Positions 56,973 through 64,000 of a stretch of DNA of 64,000 nt are shown here, one piece after another. The position numbers and the translations under genes were made by a program. The stretch lies in NCBI GenBank assembly GCA_951406725.2, contig OX597833.1, forward strand, positions 36,766,001 through 36,830,000, read 5' to 3'. The first letter of the stretch is position 1, and every line of letters starts with the position of its first letter. Source of the DNA: Octopus vulgaris. Lineage: Eukaryota. A model generated the notes under the pieces. That model was not told where the DNA came from. It saw only the letters and a list, made by a program, of their open reading frames with translations, and ran no database searches.

Positions 56973-57329
56973 ACGTATGCGTGATAGTAACTGTAATTTT
57001 GACGTTGGTACCGCCCGGAAACTGTAGCTACTTGTAATAACTGTTGCAACTGGTCGCTGTGTTGGGAGCAAATCACGATAATAATAACACCAAAACCGAA
57101 ACTGTGAGAGAGGAGAGAGGACTGCATTTCTAACAAGTGACCAAATTGTCATCAGACGATAAAAATTAGGTAAGATGCATTCATTCGGTTCTTAGCAAAA
57201 TTTGTTTCTTCATCCGTTCACAATTTTCTAGGAAATTTCTTTTTAGTCTCTGTATTTTTCCTCTTTCTCTTTGACTTTCTACCTATGTATTTCTGTTCTC
57301 CCTATTTATCTATTATTATTTCGTACTCC

Positions 57330-57379
<50 letters not shown>

Positions 57380-57674
57380 CTGTCCCTGTTTTTCTCTTCT
57401 TATTCTCTATTTTTCTTCCTCTCTCCTTATACTTATTCCTTCTTTATTTACCCCCTCTCTCCCCACTTATACATTCTTCATCACTTATGACCTCGTATAC
57501 ACATTTGCACACTTTCTTTCAACTAACATGTACACTGTGCCTCCCAATCTGGCTCTGTCTTTCTCTCCTCTGTCTCTCTCTCTCTCTCTTTCCTCTCTTT
57601 CTCTCATCCTTTCTCTGTCCCCTTCACAGACGCGCGCGCACATACACCCATACCCACACACAAGCGCACTCATA

Positions 57675-57718
<44 letters not shown>

Positions 57719-58420
57719 CACATTTTGGTGCTCCACATTTGTTTTTGTAATTGAAATTCTCTCTTCTATCTCTGCTGCATTTCTCCCTTTCCCCCCGCTA
57801 TTTTCTCTTTTATCACCTAAAATTTATTCCTCTTACTCGTGTTCTGCATACTGCACACGTTTCTCCGTTCTACAACTATCTTATTATTCTTTGCAGTTGT
57901 CTCTATTTCGTAATGCCACCTTTGCACATTTTCTTTCCTACAATCTCGGTCTACTATCTATACTTTACCTCCACTTTTTCGACAATGTTCTCATATTATT
58001 ACTGCTTCTCTATACTTCGCACTTCCCTCTCATTCGCGAAGTACCAGATTCTCATTTATAAAGATTCTGCTTAGATTTTTGCCATTCGTAAGTGTTCCTA
58101 TCTTTACACTGCATCGTCAACACGCAATCACATATAACCAAAGACATTTTCAAAATATTACATATACATGCTTTTATTTAACTATATATATTAACCATAT
58201 TCGCATCTTTACTTAAAACGTACACTACATATACACTATGCCTTCAAGCACGCACTCACGCAAACACATACATACGCACATACACACATACACGCACAAA
58301 TATATGCGTGCATACACACGAAAAGACATAAGCAAGCGTAAAAAATTGTATATACGTATGTGTGTGTGTGTGTGTGTGTGAGCGTGTTTGCGCGCGCGTA
58401 TCTATACTAGAGTATATAAG

Positions 58421-58463
<43 letters not shown>

Positions 58464-58466
<3 letters not shown>

Positions 58467-58580
58467 ATATATGTATGTCTATGTTTAGCAAAACTCGTAA
58501 GCTAGCTTTTCGAATTACAACGATGAAATGTACTGGAGGCTGTGAGCGACTAAATCCTTCAGTGTGATTATGCCTCCGTT
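58464..58580 (-). mobile_element. Decayed HHR-bearing short element (family H) abutting (TA)n
   Basis: Minus strand: GCATAATCACA-CTGAAGG-ATTTAGTCG...CGTTGTAATTC-GAAA-AGCTAGCT-TA-CGAGTTTTGC, then a short tail to (TA)n. Confidence 0.45.
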
Positions 58581-58830
58581 ATATCATTAAGTTATAAACA
58601 AAATCATGTTATCTACTGATTAAACAACTAAATAATTTGAGCTTTTTTCATCAATAGCCAAATTTCATTCATTAATTGGCTTGATTGAGACTTGAGGCTT
58701 TGATGCTTGCGATTTATTCAGTTTCTCGAATGGAGAGAGAAAAGTGGAAACTTCAAATCCCAGACAACATAATATATGCAATATGTGTATGTATGTGTAT
58801 ACATACACACACACACGCATACACACACAG

Positions 58831-58902
<72 letters not shown>

Positions 58903-58939
58903 ATATATTTCTCCATGTACATATACATACAAATGTATG

Positions 58940-58970
<31 letters not shown>

Positions 58971-58985
58971 ATGTATGTATGTATG

Positions 58986-59052
<67 letters not shown>

Positions 59053-59069
59053 ATATTTATATGTGTTCG

Positions 59070-59603
59070 TCTGTGTGTGTCCACCCCGCCATCGATTAAA
59101 TGAGAACTAGGCTTGCAAACAATAAGTCTTCGGGTCGATTTCTTCGACTAAGACCCTTTAAGGCGGTGCTTCAGCATGGCCGCAGTCAGATGACCGAAAC
59201 AGGTAAAAGAATACATGTATGTATTTCTTACTAACCACTCATACACACATATGATTCCAGGTTCACTCCTACTGCGTGGCACCCTGGGCAACTGCCTTCT
59301 ACTATAGCCTCGGGCCGACCAAAGCCTTGTCAGTGGATTTGGTAGACAGAAACTGAAAGAAGCCCGTCATTTATATATGTGTGCGTATGTGTTTGTGCGA
59401 CTGTATTTGTCCCCCCAACATCGCTGGACAACCGATGCTTGTGTGTTTACGTCCCCGTTATCTAGTGGTTCGGCAAAAGGTAACCGATAGAATAAGTACT
59501 AGGCTTACAAAGAATAAGTCCTGGGGTCGATTTGTTCGACTAAAGACGGTGCTCCAGCATGGCCGCAGTCAAATGACTGAAATAAATAAAAGAAGGAATA
59601 AAA

Positions 59604-59607
<4 letters not shown>
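59070..59607 (+). mobile_element. CORE-type SINE 3' fragment (59070-59212) followed by near full-length copy (59225-59607)
   Basis: Matches the family consensus. Confidence 0.9.
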
Positions 59608-59663
<56 letters not shown>

Positions 59664-60110
59664 GTATTTGTATATATGTATATATATATATAGATATAGA
59701 TATATGTATATATATACATGTATGTATATGTGTGTGTTTGTGTGTGTATATATATATATATGTATATATATATAGATGCGTGTGTATGTTTGTATGATTG
59801 TATGTATATAATATATATGCAGATAGAGAGAGAGAGTGAGAGAGAGTGAGAGAGAGAGAGTGAGTGAGCAAAAGAATAAAGATGATCAATAAAACCGGAC
59901 GAGTTAATGGTCAAAATTATTTGTTTGATTCTCAGCAACGTGAAGAGAGAGTTATATAATGACGTTTCGGACATGATGAGAAAAGGAGCAGGCTAGGCGT
60001 AGACTATGTTATGTATGTGTGTGTGTGCGAATGTGTGTGTATATATGTATACGTATATTCTAATGAAGCAACTATCAAGCCTTTTCTGCGTGCGTGCGTG
60101 CGTGTGTGTG

Positions 60111-60141
<31 letters not shown>

Positions 60142-60367
60142 TTGTGTGTCTAAATATTCATATATAACAACTACACAGACAATCTCGAGCTCACACAAAC
60201 AACTAAGCTTCTAGCAAACCAAGTCAACGACTAAATTTATCGCTAGTTGAGAATGTCAATACACTTCAATTATGCTATCGAGAAAAGTATGGATGTCGAC
60301 ATATCTGATACAGTCTGTTGAGGTACTTCTGATATATGTGTGCGTGTATGTATGTATGTACATATGC

Positions 60368-60435
<68 letters not shown>

Positions 60436-60478
60436 TGTGTGTATATATAATGTATATGTATATATATGTATGTGTAGG

Positions 60479-60510
<32 letters not shown>

Positions 60511-60774
60511 TACACATAGGTTTTTGTGTGGTATGAAATCTTCTTCCGAACCATATGGTTCCAGGTTCAGCCTATTTACAAATCAATGTAGATAAAGAAA
60601 TATTGCTTATCAGATCACCAGAACATCATTACTACATCAATGCTTCAATTCTAAGTGTACATAGAAAATTTTCTCTTGATATATACAATATATGGAAGAC
60701 CAATACTATATAAAAAATAGTTTGGTATGATCATTTAAAAGAAATATATGCTCTTTGATATCATTTAAGGAGAT

Positions 60775-61330
60775 TTATTTAGGCATTCTGCTATTCATAA
60801 AAATACTTATTTACCCATCAATGCCTGCACCTTAATACTAATCGTTCCTGTATGCTAGCTATACCTAACATTAAACATAATTATTACACCTACACTGATA
60901 TACTTTATAACCTAGATCAATACAACTGAATAATTTCTTTTCTTAGTTAACCATAATTTGGTATTACCTTAGTAATAGGGAATGTATTAAACCATACACA
61001 GACATTCTTACTTTGACCAATACAATTGAATAATTCTCTACCTTGTTAACTATAATTTGTTTTCACCTTAGTGATAGATAAATTAGACCATATTCAAACA
61101 CATACTTCTTTTTGTGAAAATACTTATTATCCGTTGATGCTAACACCTTAAATACAAATTGTTCCTGTATCTTAACTATATCTAAACTTACACTTAGTTA
61201 TTAAACCTACACAAATAAAAACATTTGGTCTTCCCTTAGTTAATAGATAATGTATTAGATCATATTCAGACATTCTGCTATTTGTAAAATTACTTTTTAC
61301 CCATCGATGTATAAGTCTATTATACCCATA
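60775..61330. repeat. Degenerate tandem/higher-order repeat
   Basis: AATACTTATT...CACCTTAA...GTTCCTGTAT at 60801 and 61119; CAATACAA(C/T)TGAATAATT at 60918 and 61018; CATTCTGCTATT at 60784 and 61271. Confidence 0.7.
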
Positions 61331-61613
61331 TTTAATGACTGAGTTTTGTTTTTGACATATTTTTTGAAGTCGCTGCCCTCTTATGACCACATCACTCTGT
61401 ATTTCTACACCTGTTTATCTTAATCTTGGATATTATTTTATTACATGTGCATACATGTATTTTTATATATGCATATAAACGTATACGCGTATATATGCAT
61501 ATTTCTGTGTATAGGTGTTTGTGCAGCTGAATGTACTTGTATAGGTGTGTGTCAACATAGGATTTACTATGTCTATAATTGCGTGCATCTATACATGCAT
61601 GTATGTGTGTGTG

Positions 61614-61730
<117 letters not shown>

Positions 61731-61747
61731 GTATGTATGTATATATT

Positions 61748-61810
<63 letters not shown>

Positions 61811-62884
61811 GGATGTATATGTGTTCATAGATTCATATATGTATTTGTATGTATACATTTGTATGTGTATCTAGATTATGTGTATGTATAACTCTTTGTG
61901 TGTATTTATATGTGTGTATGTATTTATATTTATGTGTACATACACATACATGATCGTGTGTGTACTAATATTTATTTCTGTGTGATCTGTTTGATCTGTG
62001 TGTCTGCTGGATGAGTTTGGAGGTGTATTCTTTTAGCATCGTAATGCTTATGTCTATATGCTTCTATTTAGGCGTGAGTATTGCTTTGACTTCACTACAG
62101 TTCATTGAGATAGAAAGTATTTTGAGATGTAGTTAGAAAATTTGATTAAAATCAAGGTCCATAAGATTTTTTTACTTTTAGCTCTAATATTGTCCGATAT
62201 CTCGCGATTTAATCCTTATATCTCTAGCTGTCTGTTCTCTATTTGATTCATTTATATTGTATTCTTTAAATGTACTTTTATATGCTTTATAAAACATTTT
62301 GTTTTATATTTACTATAACCACTTCCTCTCCCGTGTTTTTCTTAGCATTGGTCAATTCCCTGAACTTAGATCCAGCACCTTGATATGAAACATCGTGTGG
62401 CGTAGTGTGTGTGTGTGTGTGTGAGTGTGTATGTGTGTGTGTGTGTGTGTGTGTGAGTGTGTATGTGTGTATGTGTGTGTGTGTGTGTGCGCGCGCGCGT
62501 GTATGTGTGTGTGTGTGTGTTTGTGTGTGTATTTAATGACCATACGAAACTAATTCATCTAGTTTTTGTCATCCATACATTCTACATATTAAGAGAAGAT
62601 TGTGAATGTATACTGAGAATTGAAGCATTGGTTCAGATCACAATGTTCTGGTTATCTGATGAGCTAACTTTCTTTATCTGCATTTATTTGTAAATATTAA
62701 ACTGTATTGTATAATGTGTAAACATACTTTATTATGGACTGAAATTATCATTACACCTGTAATCTTACAGATATGAAGTGGTTAAATAAATACATTCACC
62801 TCCTATACCTCCTCACACACACAAACACACACACACATATGTATATATATATGTGTGTGTGTGTGTGTTTGTGTATGCGTGAAC

Positions 62885-63833
62885 CATATCCCATAGATAA
62901 TGCGGTTTTTTTCAATTGCATGAACTAAAACTCGGAGGAGTACGGGATAAACTAACTGCATCAACTTGCTATAAAAGCAGGTAGTAATTTTAACTTGAGT
63001 TCAATGAGGATAAAAACGCAACGGAAAGTGTGAGGAATATTAATGCAGTATATGGCGATCGGACAGTAAGCGTAAGGCAGTGTCAACGGAGGTTTCAGAA
63101 ATTCCGAGCCGGAAACTACAGCTTAGAAGACGAGCCTCATCCTAGAAGATCTGTAGAAACCGACGAAGACGTCCTGCAAACCCTGGTCATAAATGTTGAG
63201 GAACTGACAGAGAAGCTTGGATTTGCTCATTCAACCATTCATCGACACCTGCGTGGCCATCGAAAAAGTCAGCAAATTGGGTCAGTGGATCCCTCTCAAA
63301 ACTTTCCGAGTCTAATCGCGCACAGAGTGGGAATGTGTACTCTTCTTTGACGTCACGTCTCAATAATGAACGTTTTTTGAGTCGAATAGTGACCCAAACC
63401 AAACGATGACAAAGGAGATCTACTGCGAGCAGCTTGAGCGGCTTCAGTGAGCGCTAGAAGAAAAATGACCATCTTTGGTTTCAAGACAAAAAGTGTTCTT
63501 CCGTCAGGATAATGCTCGGTCACATACCACGACGATGACATTCTAAAGGCTGGAGCAGTTTGAATGAGAAACGATGCCCCACCCACCATATTCGCCGGAC
63601 ATTGCCCCATCTGATTATCATTTATTCAGTCTTCAAAATCATTTGGACAGAAAAAATATGAATTCTGCAGAGGAAGTCAGAACAGTACTAGAGAAATATT
63701 TTTCGTCCGGACAAATGAATTTTGGAAGAGGGGCCTTGCAAGTGTACCAAATAGATGGAAGAGCATTGTAGAAAATGAAGGAGAGTACATTTTAGATTTA
63801 AAAATCCGCATTATTTTTGGGAGGAGCCAATTA
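62885..63833 (+). mobile_element. Mariner (DD34D-type) transposon, defective transposase
   Basis: RNINAVYGDRTVSVRQCQRRFQKFRAGNYSLEDEPH (HTH), QDNARSH, PHPPYSPDIAPSDYHLF. Degenerate TIRs TCCCATAGATAATGCGGTTTTT / AAAATCCGCATTATTTTTGGGA. Frameshifts and a deletion. Confidence 0.92.
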
Positions 63834-64000
63834 TATACGTATATGAATATATGCATTCATGAGATAAATTAAAGAACCAGCAAAGCCAACCAATCAGTCG
63901 ATATGTGACATTCAATAGGGAAATCATCAATACTCGGCAAGAATACCAAAATACGATTTTACAAAAGCAACATACATAGCATCCTACTCTGTGGATCCGA

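Noticed and set aside
57115-57160. Minus-strand CTGATGA...GAAA-TGCAG-TC hammerhead-like motif
   Set aside because: Both core boxes and GUC are present, but stem I cannot form (ATCGT versus CTCTC) and stem II overlaps the core.
59955-60000. Minus-strand CCGAAACGTC (3' half of a minimal HHR)
   Set aside because: No upstream CUGANGA or stems.

Overview
Repeat-dominated, AT-rich eukaryotic intergenic or intronic DNA. It is most likely from an octopus (inferred from the very high microsatellite density and two abundant tRNA-derived SINE families, one CORE-type resembling octopus OR2). I find no intact host protein-coding gene. Nearly all ORFs in the track are translated (TA)n/(CA)n/(TATG)n/trinucleotide repeats. 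Decayed mobile elements include Penelope-like elements (PLE), RTE, L1/Tx1, CR1-like and RLE-type LINE remnants, Tc1/mariner, Helitron, a piggyBac-like end and fold-back MITEs. The most notable signal is a set of short retroposed elements from several unrelated sequence families. They mostly end in (TA)n, many start with a fold-back (inverted) 5' duplication, and several carry type I hammerhead ribozyme (HHR) motifs with a palindromic stem III. One family is attached to a decayed PLE GIY-YIG C-terminus. Secondary signals are a tandem CRE + RFX X-box array, a stack of four SINEs sharing one repeated target site, and a composite Helitron/piggyBac structure.
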